64,000 bases of DNA from an uncultured Bacteroides sp. Its GTDB lineage: Bacteria > Bacteroidota > Bacteroidia > G022818785. Location of the stretch: NCBI GenBank assembly GCA_964620755.1, contig CAZUHH010000008.1:191172-255171 (forward strand), read 5' to 3'. Below the pieces are notes generated by a model. It had not been told where the DNA came from, ran no database searches, and was given only the letters and a program-made list of their open reading frames with translations. Position numbers and translations under genes: made by a program. Numbering within the stretch: position 1 is the stretch's first letter; the number at the start of each line of letters is the position of its first letter. Below are positions 54,801-64,000 of the stretch, piece by piece.

Positions 54801-55258
54801 ATAAATTAACTAATTCAGAGATTACAAAATTAGAAATTAAAAAATTTATAAATATTATTTATAATAATAAAAATATTAAAATATTATATGAATATGTTGA
54901 TATTGTTTACAATAATACAAATGATTGGAATATAGGATTTTCTGATAATTTTGCAATTGCATTAGATATTAATTTAAATACTCAATTAAAAGAAGAAGGA
55001 CTTTTACGAGATTTGATAAGTAAAATTCAATTATTACGTAAAAAACATAAACTTAAAATTACAGATAGAATTAGTATAAAAATTGCAAATTATGATTTTT
55101 TTTATAATATTATTAATAAAAACTATAATTATATATGTAATGAATTATTATGTGATAAATTATTATTATGTAATAAAGATCAATTAATTGATTTAACTGA
55201 TGAAGTATTAATTAATAATATTAATATTTTAATACAAATTAATCATATACTAAAATGA
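51872..55258 (+). CDS. ileS: Isoleucyl-tRNA synthetase (long, type 2)
   Basis: Class I motifs: HIGH-like PGIHHVVSR, KMSKS as KMSKKYGN; editing domain; 1128 aa. Confidence 0.95.
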   Translation: MIKKYKEYKYLDIQNNETNILQFWKENSIFCKSIYNKTKNSRIFSFLDGPPSINGLPGIHHVVSRVYKDIFCRYKTMQGYIVYRKAGWDSHGLPVELKIEKELKINKYDIPDKISIAEYCNKCYNDVISNIKFWKDLTVKMGYWIDIENSYNTCNNSYIESVWNIIKILFNKKLIYKGYKIQPYSPCAGTGLSFHELNQLGSYKVIKDTSLVVKFKIIFNEKYKNIFIDVQENIYLLVWTTTPWTLPANSAIAINKYIKYVKIQLFDKINKNYISVILSKNQIYNYFNANDQCDIMPDYYNDINSKNWKIICEYDGYLLLNLKYEQLMPYIYNDYLLNNAFYILHGNFVNDNTGTGIVHIAPMFGIDDYKLCIDNNIPMVGVKQNNNKYIKPIVDLKGRFIKEIQDFAGQYVRSEYSNDNAACSNIINKLCIDNKIFTIIEYEHLYPHCWRTDKPILYYPMESWFIKTTAMKDKIMQLSQKINWIPKQVGQKRFYDWLNNIVDWNFSRSRFWGTPLPIWQDIDNQNIICIGSVNELKKELEYSINANILKEKDIKINKSFLDKINNNNFNLHKPYVDNIILIKNNKKLYRENDVVDVWLDSGCAPYGQIHYPFENNTIFKKTFPVDFISEGIDQTRGWFFTLHVISVMINESIAFKNVIPHGLVLDKYGNKMSKKYGNSLNPFNIINEYGADILRWYIISNSLSSDNIKFDLLELKKIRNKFFGTLHNIYSFFALYANIDNFIDDKFTFNIIDSPIIDKWIISELNLLIKNVTNYMNKYDSYKTVHIINNFVIQLLSNWYVRICRRRFWKSEYTKDKISAYKTLYMCLYNISLLLAPIIPFYSEIIYKDLIAINPYLFKLSVHLNNFPCFDKNLINLNLNRNMRFAKDIVSIVLSLRKKANINVKTPLQTIMILPKYNKYKSYIDSVKDIILFETNVKTIKFVNYNNKIFVKKAKPKYKVIGPIFGKKVKYIINIIDKLTNSEITKLEIKKFINIIYNNKNIKILYEYVDIVYNNTNDWNIGFSDNFAIALDINLNTQLKEEGLLRDLISKIQLLRKKHKLKITDRISIKIANYDFFYNIINKNYNYICNELLCDKLLLCNKDQLIDLTDEVLINNINILIQINHILK

Positions 55259-55644
55259 GAAATATAGCAACAACTAACTATTCTCAAGCAGAATTAAATG
55301 AATTTAAAGTTATTATTAAAAATAAAATATCAATAGCTAAAAAAGAATTATATAATCTCATTAATTCATTAAATAATTTTAATAACAATGGTACTGAAGA
55401 TACTGCTAGTTCTTTAAAAAATCTCGAAGATTGTGCATATACATTAGAAAAAGAACAAATTAGTCAATTAGCTGTTAGACAACGTAAGTTTATATATAAT
55501 TTAGAAGCAGCTTTAATTAGAATTGAAAATAAGACTTATGGTATTTGTAGATTAACAGGCAAATTGATTCCTAAAGATAGATTAAAAATTGTTCCACATG
55601 CTACATTATGTATAGAAGCTAAAAATCAATTTAAAATTAGCTAA
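55255..55644 (+). CDS. DksA/TraR-family C4-type zinc-finger protein
   Basis: C-terminal CRLTGKLIPKDRLKIVPHATLCIEAK; overlaps ileS stop by 4 bp. Confidence 0.7.
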   Translation: MRNIATTNYSQAELNEFKVIIKNKISIAKKELYNLINSLNNFNNNGTEDTASSLKNLEDCAYTLEKEQISQLAVRQRKFIYNLEAALIRIENKTYGICRLTGKLIPKDRLKIVPHATLCIEAKNQFKIS

Positions 55645-55645
55645 T

Positions 55646-56140
55646 TTGAAATTTAAAACATTTTTTTTGATTTTATTAATAATTATTTTTTTGGATCAAA
55701 TAAGTAAACATTTTTTTAGGTGGTATGTTATTGAAAATAGTGAAATTAATTTATTAAATAATCACCTAATAATATGTTTCATTGAAAATGATGGTATGGC
55801 TTTTGGATTAAAATTACCATTTAACAATCAAAAAATTATATTACTTATTATAAGAATAGTTATAATAATTAGTATAATGATAAATATTATACTATATAAT
55901 TATAACAAAGAAGTTATATATGGTTTTCTATTTATTATATCTGGAGGTATAAGCAATATAATAGATGTTGTTTTTAATGGTATAATATATAATTATGCTC
56001 CTATTATGAAAGGCAATGTTACAGATATAATTTATTTTCCTTTTATAGAAAATATTTGCGTATTAAATACAGTTTTTAATATTGCAGATATTTTTATTTT
56101 CATTGGTGTAATAATAGTTTTTATATATTTTAAATATTAA
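55646..56140 (+). CDS. lspA: Lipoprotein signal peptidase (signal peptidase II)
   Basis: LDQISKHF N-terminus, [19 protein letters not shown]; apparent TTG start 1 nt after preceding stop. Confidence 0.8.
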   Translation: MKFKTFFLILLIIIFLDQISKHFFRWYVIENSEINLLNNHLIICFIENDGMAFGLKLPFNNQKIILLIIRIVIIISIMINIILYNYNKEVIYGFLFIISGGISNIIDVVFNGIIYNYAPIMKGNVTDIIYFPFIENICVLNTVFNIADIFIFIGVIIVFIYFKY

Positions 56141-57231
56141 AAATTATTGATATTAACATTTCTATTATATAAAAAATGATCAGCTATAACTAAATAAGCC
56201 ATCGATTCTACAATAGGAACTGCTCTTGGTAATACACAAGGATCATGCCTACCTTTACCAATGATATTTATTATTTTTTTATCATTATCTAATGATACTT
56301 GTTTTTTCATAATAGTTGCAATTGGTTTGAAAGCTACATTAAAAAATATATCTTCACCATTAGATATACCTCCTTGAATACCACCTGAATTATTGGTTTT
56401 AGTTTTTATATTATTATTATTATCTAATTCAAATAAGTCATTATGTTCAGAACCTTTCATATATGTTCCAGCAAATCCAGATCCGTATTCAAAACCATGA
56501 ACTGCGTTTATACTTAACATAGCTTTTCCTAAATCTGCGTGCAATTTATCAAAAACAGGATCACCTATTCCTAATGGACAATTTTTAATAATACAAGTTA
56601 TAACTCCTCCTATTGTATCTCCCTTATCTTTAATATTTTCAATAAAATTTATCATTAATTTTGATGTTTTTATATCAGGGCATCTTATAATACTATTATC
56701 TATTGTTGTAAGATTTAATTCATCAATATTTTTATCTATAGATATAGGTCCTACTCTGCTAACAAATGCTTTAATATCAATTTTAGAAATAGATTGCATA
56801 AAACACCTAGCAATAGTTCCACCTACAACTCTAGCTATTGTTTCCCTAGCAGACGATCTACCTCCACCCCTATAATCTCTTAATCCATATTTAATATCAT
56901 AAGTGTAATCAGCATGTGAAGGACGAAATGATTTTTTTATATGTTCATAATCATATGATCGGTGATCTTTATTATAAATTATCATAGCTATAGGAGTACC
57001 AATACTTTTTCCGTTAAAAATTCCTGATAATATTTCAATATTATCATTTTCATTTCTTTGAGTAGTGATATGTGATTGACCTGGTTTTCTTCTATTTAAT
57101 TCTTTTTGAATTAATTCAATATCTATATTGACACCAGCAGGACAACCATCTAAAATTAGCCCAACTCCTTTACCATGAGATTCTCCAAAAGTATTTATTA
57201 CAAATATTTTACCAAAAGAATTACTTGCCAT
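56137..57231 (-). CDS. aroC: Chorismate synthase
   Basis: N-terminal [19 protein letters not shown] and conserved GGRSSARET block. Confidence 0.9.
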   Translation of the reverse strand: MASNSFGKIFVINTFGESHGKGVGLILDGCPAGVNIDIELIQKELNRRKPGQSHITTQRNENDNIEILSGIFNGKSIGTPIAMIIYNKDHRSYDYEHIKKSFRPSHADYTYDIKYGLRDYRGGGRSSARETIARVVGGTIARCFMQSISKIDIKAFVSRVGPISIDKNIDELNLTTIDNSIIRCPDIKTSKLMINFIENIKDKGDTIGGVITCIIKNCPLGIGDPVFDKLHADLGKAMLSINAVHGFEYGSGFAGTYMKGSEHNDLFELDNNNNIKTKTNNSGGIQGGISNGEDIFFNVAFKPIATIMKKQVSLDNDKKIINIIGKGRHDPCVLPRAVPIVESMAYLVIADHFLYNRNVNINNF

Positions 57232-57246
57232 TTTTATTTAATTATT

Positions 57247-58509
57247 TTAGTTATGGAATTTGATACCAAATCCTAATTTATTCATATCATTCCAAAATGT
57301 AGGATATGATTTTTCTATAACATTACTATTTTTTATTGTTATTGAACCATATAAAATAGATACAGCTGCAAATGATAAAGCCATTCTATGATCATTATAA
57401 GTTTCAATTAATAAATCATTTTTATTAATGAATCTATTATTAGTTATCAATTGCCAATTATTATTTTCTTCATTAAATTCAACATTTATTTTACTGAGTT
57501 CTCTTTTTAATGCTAATATTCTATTTGTTTCTTTAATTTTTAAACTTTGTAATCCTGTTAATGTTAAATTATGTTTTATGCATGAAAAATATACAATTAA
57601 ACCCTGAACTATGTCTGGATATTGAGTACAATCAATATAAGAAGTATTATCACTTATATAATTATTAACACTAGTTTTTATATATGCTCCACCATTATTA
57701 AATTGGGTAACAATACCAAATTTATTCATTATATTTTTGATATAACTATCACCTTGTCTACTGGTTGATTTCAATTTATCAATAAATAAAGAATTAGATT
57801 TAAATTTATTTACTAATCCTAAAATGAAATACCAATATGATGCACTACTCCAATCAGATTCTATATCAATATTTTTAGATTTATAACTTTGATTTTGTAT
57901 AATAATAATATTATCATTCCATAAATATTTTATACCAAAGTGTTGCATAATATCAAGAGTCATTTTAATATATGGTTTTGATATTATTTTACCATTTATA
58001 TTAATTTTTAATCCCTTAGGTAAAATAGGAGCTATCATTAAAATAGATGATATATATTGACTACTTATATCGCCATTAATTTGTATTTCATTGCTATTAT
58101 TTAATATTTTACCATTTATTAATAATGGAGGATATCCCTTTTTATTTAAATAATGTATATCAGCTCCTAAATTAATTAATGCATCTACTAATAATTTGAT
58201 AGGCCTTTCATGCATTCTTTGATCACCTTTAAGTATCCATTTACCAGCAGTAATTGCACAATATGAAGTTAAAAATCTCATTGCGGTTCCACAAGATTCT
58301 ATATCTATTTCATATTCTTTATTTAGATTAATATTTTTTAATGATCTTGTTAAAATTTTTGTATCATTAGAAAATGATATATTATTTATATTAAACTTTT
58401 TAGAACATAAATTTTGGATAATAAGAGTTCTATTACTTTCACTTTTAGATCCAGGTAAACTAATAGCACCATTTAATTGATTATTATTATATTGTATTGT
58501 TACGTTCAT
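57247..58509 (-). CDS. aroA: 3-phosphoshikimate 1-carboxyvinyltransferase (EPSP synthase)
   Basis: LPGSKSESNRTLI N-terminal motif, 420 aa, adjacent to aroC. Confidence 0.88.
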   Translation of the reverse strand: MNVTIQYNNNQLNGAISLPGSKSESNRTLIIQNLCSKKFNINNISFSNDTKILTRSLKNINLNKEYEIDIESCGTAMRFLTSYCAITAGKWILKGDQRMHERPIKLLVDALINLGADIHYLNKKGYPPLLINGKILNNSNEIQINGDISSQYISSILMIAPILPKGLKININGKIISKPYIKMTLDIMQHFGIKYLWNDNIIIIQNQSYKSKNIDIESDWSSASYWYFILGLVNKFKSNSLFIDKLKSTSRQGDSYIKNIMNKFGIVTQFNNGGAYIKTSVNNYISDNTSYIDCTQYPDIVQGLIVYFSCIKHNLTLTGLQSLKIKETNRILALKRELSKINVEFNEENNNWQLITNNRFINKNDLLIETYNDHRMALSFAAVSILYGSITIKNSNVIEKSYPTFWNDMNKLGFGIKFHN

Positions 58510-58584
58510 ATAAATTAAATTATATTATTATAATAATGTTTTTATATTTATCAAGCAAATAAATATTTTTTGAAAAATTAAATT

Positions 58585-59076
58585 ATGATAACTTCGTTAA
58601 GTAAAAGAAAAAAAATCATTAAAACAAAACCTTTAACATGGTTGGAAAAAATATATATACCTGTTATTATTAAAGGGTTAATAATAACTATAAAACATTT
58701 TTTTCATAAAAAAATAACTATACAATATCCAGAAATAAAAAGAATTTTTTCTAAAAATTTTAGAGGAATGCATTCTTTGAAAAGAGATAGTATGGGTCGT
58801 GAGAGATGTACTGCATGTGGATTATGTGCTTTATCATGTCCTGCAGAAGCTATTACTATGATAGCCAAAGAAAGAAAAAATAATGAAAAACATTTATATA
58901 GAAAAGAAAAATATGCTTTTTCATATGAAATTAATATGTTACGTTGCATTTTTTGTGGTTTTTGTGAAGAAGCTTGCCCTGAAAAAGCTATTTTTTTAGA
59001 TAAAGATATTCCTATGCCTGATATTAATAGAGAAAATTTTATTTTTAAAAAAGAAAAATTATTAGAAAAAATATAA
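58585..59076 (+). CDS. nuoI: NADH-quinone oxidoreductase subunit I
   Basis: Two 4Fe-4S ferredoxin motifs CTACGLCALSCP and CIFCGFCEEACP. Confidence 0.9.
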   Translation: MITSLSKRKKIIKTKPLTWLEKIYIPVIIKGLIITIKHFFHKKITIQYPEIKRIFSKNFRGMHSLKRDSMGRERCTACGLCALSCPAEAITMIAKERKNNEKHLYRKEKYAFSYEINMLRCIFCGFCEEACPEKAIFLDKDIPMPDINRENFIFKKEKLLEKI

Positions 59077-59091
59077 TTATTAATGTAAAAA

Positions 59092-59589
59092 ATGAATATT
59101 TTATTTTATATATTAGGTTTTATTACTATTGCTTGTAGTTTACTTGTTATTTTATCTAAACATCCAATAAATAGTATAATATTTCTTATTATTACTTATT
59201 TATCTATAACTTGTCATTATATAATTTTAAATGCTGAATTTATAGCAATAGCTAATGTTATTGTTTATGCGGGAGCAATTATGATTTTATTTTTATTTGT
59301 TTTAATGTTTATTAATCTAAATATTTTAGATTATTATAATAATAATAGCCTATATAAAAGATTTTTTATATCATTAATTGGAATTATAAGCTTTATAGTA
59401 ATTATTATTTTTTTTATAAATCCCTGTTTCTATACAAAACATCCTATAATAAAAAATTATTCATTAGGATCAGTTAAAGACTTGGGTTTAATTTTATTTA
59501 AAGATTTTATTTTTCCCTTTGAATTAACGACAATAATATTTTTTACTACTATAATAGGGATATTAATTTTAACAAAATTTGACAATTAA
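59092..59589 (+). CDS. nuoJ: NADH-quinone oxidoreductase subunit J
   Basis: Hydrophobic 165-aa protein with NuoJ-like VIVYAGAIMILFLFV block; position between nuoI and nuoK. Confidence 0.8.
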   Translation: MNILFYILGFITIACSLLVILSKHPINSIIFLIITYLSITCHYIILNAEFIAIANVIVYAGAIMILFLFVLMFINLNILDYYNNNSLYKRFFISLIGIISFIVIIIFFINPCFYTKHPIIKNYSLGSVKDLGLILFKDFIFPFELTTIIFFTTIIGILILTKFDN

Positions 59590-59593
59590 TTAT

Positions 59594-59896
59594 ATGGAAG
59601 ATTTTTATATAAATTACTACATATTATTATCTATAATAGTTTTTATTATAGGATTGATAGGTGTTTTAATAAGAAAAAATATAATAATAATTTTAATGTC
59701 TATTGAAATAATGATTAATGCTGTAAACTTATTATTAATAACTTTTTCATATATTTGGAATAATTTTGAAGGTCAAGTGTTTGTATTATTCACAATGTTT
59801 ATAGCAGCAATAGAAATAGCAATCGGATTATCAATTGTTGTTGCAATACATAAAAAGCAAAATAATATTATAATTCAAAAGACTAAATATATTTAG
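59594..59896 (+). CDS. nuoK: NADH-quinone oxidoreductase subunit K
   Basis: MSIEIMINAVNL block; start placed at ATG 59594 (track start 59579 is TTG overlapping nuoJ). Confidence 0.85.
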   Translation: MEDFYINYYILLSIIVFIIGLIGVLIRKNIIIILMSIEIMINAVNLLLITFSYIWNNFEGQVFVLFTMFIAAIEIAIGLSIVVAIHKKQNNIIIQKTKYI

Positions 59897-59914
59897 TAGT
59901 ATAATTTTTTTAAA

Positions 59915-61831
59915 ATGCAATCATATATTAATACGGAATCCGTTGTATGGATTATTCCAATGTTGCCATTGTTAAATTTTTTTTTAATTAATTTTTTTTT
60001 AAAAAAAAATAGTATTGTATCGGCATATTTAACTAATATATTTATATTTTTGTCTTTAATATTTACCATTATATTATCATATAAAATAATATGCTATAAA
60101 ACAATAATTGAAATTAAATATTTTAATTGGATTATTATTGATAAAATAATAATTCCATTAGCTTTTTATGTAGACAATATTAGTTGTATATGGCTATTAA
60201 TAATTAATATAATAAGTTTTTTTATAGTTTTATACTCAATAGAGTATATGAAAAATGATACACATATAAATAAATTTTTTTCTTATATCAGTTTATTTAT
60301 ATTTTTCATGAATATTATGATATTAAGTAATAATTATATTTTATTATTTTTAGGTTGGGAAGGTGTTGGATTAATATCTTATTTGCTAATAGGATTCTGG
60401 AATAATAATCAATATTATAATAAATTAGCAAATAAGATATTTTTAATAAATAAAATAGGTGACATTTGTTTATTGATATCCATAATTTTGATCATACATT
60501 CTACAAATATTATTTCATTAATTGATATAAAACACTTTAATATCAGTACTATAAATCATATATATATATATATTATAACTATAGGTATATCTATAGCGGC
60601 TTTAATTAAAGGTTCGCAATTTCCTTTTCATCATTGGCTTCCTAAAGCCATGATTGGCCCTACACCTGTATCTGGATTAATACATTCAGCTACTATGGTA
60701 ACAGGAGGATTATATTTAATTATCAGATCATTATCTTTTTATCATTATTGTCCATTAATAATGAAAATAATATCTATATCAAGTATTATTACAATTATTA
60801 TATCATCATTCTATGCTTTAATTGAAAATGAATTGAAAAAAATTTTGGCTTATTCTACAATAAGTCATTTAGGGTATATGTTTTTAAGTATTAGCATTAA
60901 TAATATTAGTGGTTGTATTTATCATATGATTACTCATGCTTTTTTTAAGTCTTTATTATTTATTTCTGTTGGTAACATCATGATAAAATCCAATCATAAT
61001 GGAAATATAAAAAAGTATAATTTTTCAAAACAAAAAATATTTTTTGAATATATTATGATACTAATTGGTAGTGCTAATATAATTGGTATTCCTCCTTTTG
61101 GAGGATTTTTTTCTAAAGAAAATATTTTAATAAGTGTTTTAAATGATAATATCATATTAGGATTTATAAATATTTTTGGAGTTTTTTTGACAGGTTTATA
61201 TATATATAGAATGTTATACTATGTTTTTTGGAATGTTAATAAGATAAAATATAAAAAAAATACATTAATATTATTTAGTACTTATTTACCAATAACAGTA
61301 TTGGCTTGTATATCATCATTAATTGGTATTATTAATATTATTCCTGTTTTTAATCATAAAATTTCTTTTTTAAATATTATTTTACAGGAATTTCAAATTA
61401 ATAACTATCATTATAATATTAAAAATAATTTATTACATCAGTATAATATTATATTAATAATGTTAATATTTTTAGTTGAAATTTTATCTATTTATATTGG
61501 ATACAGATTTTTTTTTAAAAAAAAATTTTTTAATGTTCAAATAACATTATACAATAGATTTTATAATAAATACACTATTTATATAATTACTGTATACAAT
61601 AAAATTACATATGCTATATACCATAACCTATATATAATATTACAGTTTATTGAAAATAAAATTGTTAATATTACATCATTATTAAATAAAATTTTTAATA
61701 TAATCCATAAAATAATTATAAAAATTCAAACAAGAAATATTGATGAATATATAATATATATAATAATTGGTATTATAAGCATAATTTTACTTTTTTTATT
61801 GTATATTCCATTTAAAAATAATTATTTCTAA
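59915..61831 (+). CDS. nuoL: NADH-quinone oxidoreductase subunit L
   Basis: HWLPKAMIGPTPVSGLIHSATMVTGG antiporter-like motif; 638 aa. Confidence 0.9.
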   Translation: MQSYINTESVVWIIPMLPLLNFFLINFFLKKNSIVSAYLTNIFIFLSLIFTIILSYKIICYKTIIEIKYFNWIIIDKIIIPLAFYVDNISCIWLLIINIISFFIVLYSIEYMKNDTHINKFFSYISLFIFFMNIMILSNNYILLFLGWEGVGLISYLLIGFWNNNQYYNKLANKIFLINKIGDICLLISIILIIHSTNIISLIDIKHFNISTINHIYIYIITIGISIAALIKGSQFPFHHWLPKAMIGPTPVSGLIHSATMVTGGLYLIIRSLSFYHYCPLIMKIISISSIITIIISSFYALIENELKKILAYSTISHLGYMFLSISINNISGCIYHMITHAFFKSLLFISVGNIMIKSNHNGNIKKYNFSKQKIFFEYIMILIGSANIIGIPPFGGFFSKENILISVLNDNIILGFINIFGVFLTGLYIYRMLYYVFWNVNKIKYKKNTLILFSTYLPITVLACISSLIGIINIIPVFNHKISFLNIILQEFQINNYHYNIKNNLLHQYNIILIMLIFLVEILSIYIGYRFFFKKKFFNVQITLYNRFYNKYTIYIITVYNKITYAIYHNLYIILQFIENKIVNITSLLNKIFNIIHKIIIKIQTRNIDEYIIYIIIGIISIILLFLLYIPFKNNYF

Positions 61832-61832
61832 T

Positions 61833-63233
61833 ATGATTAGTTTGCTATTATTATTATTGATTCCTATTGTAGGAAGTTTAATTATTATTATTTGTTCAAA
61901 AAAATATAGTAAACTTATTATATTATTAACTTCTATAATAGAATTTTTACAGGTATTATATATTATTAAACAAATTAAAATCATTAATGATTTTAATTTG
62001 TTTAATAATATAGGCATTGATGGTATTAGTGCTTGCATGATATTAATGTCCGTTTCGTTATTTTTATTAATTATAATTTCAACATATAAATTTGATAATT
62101 ATAATAAAATAATATACTCAGGGTCTCTTTTTTCATTATGTGGCATAATAGGAGTTTATTTGTCTTTAAATGCTTTTTTATTTTATTTATTTTGGGAATT
62201 ATCTTTATTACCAATATATATTATTTTATTAAGTATTGCTAAAAAATATCATCATGATAATATCATAAAAAATTTTTTAAGATATAGTATGCTATCTAGC
62301 ATTACTATGATAACTATTATTTTATATATATATAGCCAATTAGATACTAAGTCATTTATTATCAGTGAATTATATTCATTTAAATATAATTTAAATAGCC
62401 AAATATTAATTTTTATTGCTTTTTTTATAAGTTTTGCAATAAAAATTCCTTTATTTCCATTTCACAAATGGCAACCTGAATTATATAATATATCACCTAG
62501 CATAATATCAATGTTACTAGCTGCTATAATGTCTAAAATGGGTGTATATGGAATAATAAGATTTATATTACCAATTAATAATGAATTAATTACTCAATAT
62601 TCAATATATATTATAATATTTATAATATTAGGGATGATATATGCATCTATTATGGCTTGCTATCAAAATAATATTAAAATTATGATTGGATATTCTTCTA
62701 TAGCTCATAGTAGTTTATTAATAATTAGTATATTTACCAAAAATATTATTGCTGTTCAAGGGGCAATATTACAAATGTTCAATCATGGATTAATAATTAT
62801 AGGATTATTTATGATAGTTAATATTGTATCATGTGCTTATAAAACTACATATATAAATAAGTTTAGTGGTATAATTGAAAAGTATCCATTATTAGAATTA
62901 TTTATATTAAGTGTTATATTAAGCAGTGTTGCATTTCCTTGCACAGGCAGTTTTATTAGTGAGATTATAATATTTTATAGTATTATAAATTATAATATTT
63001 GCATCGGTATATTAGTAAGTATTATAGTTATATTAACAACTATATATATGATGAATTTATATAAAAGTATGTTAGGTATTAATTCAGTAAAAATTAATGG
63101 TAATTATAAAATTAAAACAAGCGAAATAATAGCAATATTAACAACAATTGTATTAATATTTTTAATGAATGTTTTATCAAGATATATTATGAATTTGTCA
63201 TACTATTCATTATCAATTTTATTAAATTACTAG
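61833..63233 (+). CDS. nuoM: NADH-quinone oxidoreductase subunit M
   Basis: PFHKWQPELYNISPSIISMLLAAIMSKMGVYG block; 466 aa. Confidence 0.88.
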   Translation: MISLLLLLLIPIVGSLIIIICSKKYSKLIILLTSIIEFLQVLYIIKQIKIINDFNLFNNIGIDGISACMILMSVSLFLLIIISTYKFDNYNKIIYSGSLFSLCGIIGVYLSLNAFLFYLFWELSLLPIYIILLSIAKKYHHDNIIKNFLRYSMLSSITMITIILYIYSQLDTKSFIISELYSFKYNLNSQILIFIAFFISFAIKIPLFPFHKWQPELYNISPSIISMLLAAIMSKMGVYGIIRFILPINNELITQYSIYIIIFIILGMIYASIMACYQNNIKIMIGYSSIAHSSLLIISIFTKNIIAVQGAILQMFNHGLIIIGLFMIVNIVSCAYKTTYINKFSGIIEKYPLLELFILSVILSSVAFPCTGSFISEIIIFYSIINYNICIGILVSIIVILTTIYMMNLYKSMLGINSVKINGNYKIKTSEIIAILTTIVLIFLMNVLSRYIMNLSYYSLSILLNY

Positions 63234-63248
63234 ATATTTTCAATTTTA

Positions 63249-64000
63249 ATGTATTTACTAATTAGTCTATTTATAACAGCAATATTAATATTATATATTA
63301 ATATATATGATAAGAAACAATTATTAATAATCAATATATTACTATATATTAGTATAATAACATCTATTATTTACTTAATAAATATTTGGAACTTAAATAA
63401 AAATTATTTTAATAATATGATATTTTTAAATAATAAAAATATAGTTTTAAATATTATTATGTTATTTACTTTAATATTATTATTACCTATAATAACTTAT
63501 TATATTAAATATAATAATTATACACATGCTAAAGATATATATCCTTTATTGCTATTTGCATTATTAGGTGGGTTTTTAATGACTTGTTTTAACAATTTAA
63601 TAATCCTATTTATAGGACTAGAATTAATTTCAATTAATTTTTATATATTAATTGCTATAAATCCATATAGTTATAATAACATTAATGAATCTTTAAAATA
63701 TTTTATTTTAAGTTCTATTATGACATGTTTTTTATTATTTGGCATAGCTTTTATATATGGCTCTACAGGAAGCCTAAATATAGATAATATTGTTATTCAT
63801 AACAAAATGCAAATGATTGGTATAATTATGATTATAAGTGTTATTATGTTTAAATTAGCGTTATTTCCATTTTATATATGGTTGCCAGATATATATTATG
63901 TTACTCCGTCAATTGTTGTATTATATATGGCTACTATTGGTAAAATTGCATTTATGTCTTCTTTAATAAAATTACTTAGTATTAATCATATTATGATTAA
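63249..64000 (+). CDS. nuoN: NADH-quinone oxidoreductase subunit N (5' part; continues past window end)
   Basis: Manual translation from ATG 63249 (MYLLISLFITAIL...) includes GLELISINFYILIA and LFPFYIWLPDIYYVTPSIVV; no stop before window end. Confidence 0.8.
   Translation, partial: MYLLISLFITAILILYINIYDKKQLLIINILLYISIITSIIYLINIWNLNKNYFNNMIFLNNKNIVLNIIMLFTLILLLPIITYYIKYNNYTHAKDIYPLLLFALLGGFLMTCFNNLIILFIGLELISINFYILIAINPYSYNNINESLKYFILSSIMTCFLLFGIAFIYGSTGSLNIDNIVIHNKMQMIGIIMIISVIMFKLALFPFYIWLPDIYYVTPSIVVLYMATIGKIAFMSSLIKLLSINHIMI

Noticed and set aside
2681-62038. About 22 short track ORFs (60-95 aa) lying inside or antisense to the large genes: 2681..2866, 5868..6050, 7937..8164, 8978..9190, 10969..11169, 16666..16950, 20890..21156, 24350..24610, 31184..31435, 37660..37860, 41429..41629, 41681..41881, 42227..42418, 43547..43759, 44458..44730, 51478..51678, 51524..51766, 53770..54057, 58704..58949, 61796..62038
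   Set aside because: Each is fully contained in a well-supported conserved gene in another frame or strand, is low-complexity I/L/F/K-rich, and is the kind of chance ORF expected in roughly 20% GC DNA; none has a recognisable motif.
1-64000. Alternative genetic code (UGA read as Trp, as in some tiny-genome symbionts)
   Set aside because: Conserved genes end at TGA (sdhC, ilvN, the 184-aa ORF, rnr) and full-length conserved proteins are obtained with the standard code, so there is no sign of UGA read-through.
1-64000. CRISPR arrays, insertion sequences, prophage or integron remnants
   Set aside because: No regularly spaced direct repeats, no transposase/integrase-like ORFs and no long terminal inverted repeats seen; the only strong inverted repeat is the single terminator hairpin at 12911..12970.

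Overview
Very AT-rich (roughly 20% GC by eye), gene-dense window that is almost entirely housekeeping and biosynthetic coding sequence, with many 1-4 bp gene overlaps and non-ATG starts. The protein signatures (cytochrome-b type sdhCAB, long IleS, BshA, PASTA protein beside ddl, Hc1-like histone, fused-type MaeB) point to a reduced Bacteroidota (flavobacterial) insect nutritional endosymbiont, Blattabacterium-like; that assignment is inference, not a database result. I call 63 CDS (two truncated by window edges), one tRNA-Leu(UAG), one RNase P RNA, one strong intrinsic terminator hairpin and one tentative promoter. Pathways present: branched-chain amino acid synthesis (ilvD-ilvB-ilvN-ilvC), shikimate steps (aroQ, aroA, aroC), lysine steps (dapA, dapB), succinate dehydrogenase, NADH dehydrogenase nuoI-N, peptidoglycan and envelope genes (murA, alr, ddl, lgt, lspA, lepB), oxidative-stress genes (ahpC, ahpD, sod, nfu-like) and core replication/translation genes. 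I see no transposase, integrase, CRISPR array, toxin-antitoxin or defence island, and no evidence for a novel multi-gene system. The items most worth a second look are an unexplained N-terminal extension on alanine racemase, an uncharacterised 184-aa ORF coupled between ligA and dapA, a 28-bp near-perfect hairpin after ilvC, two features missing from the ORF track (Hc1-like gene, rnpB), a short DnaX, and a nuo cluster that starts at nuoI.
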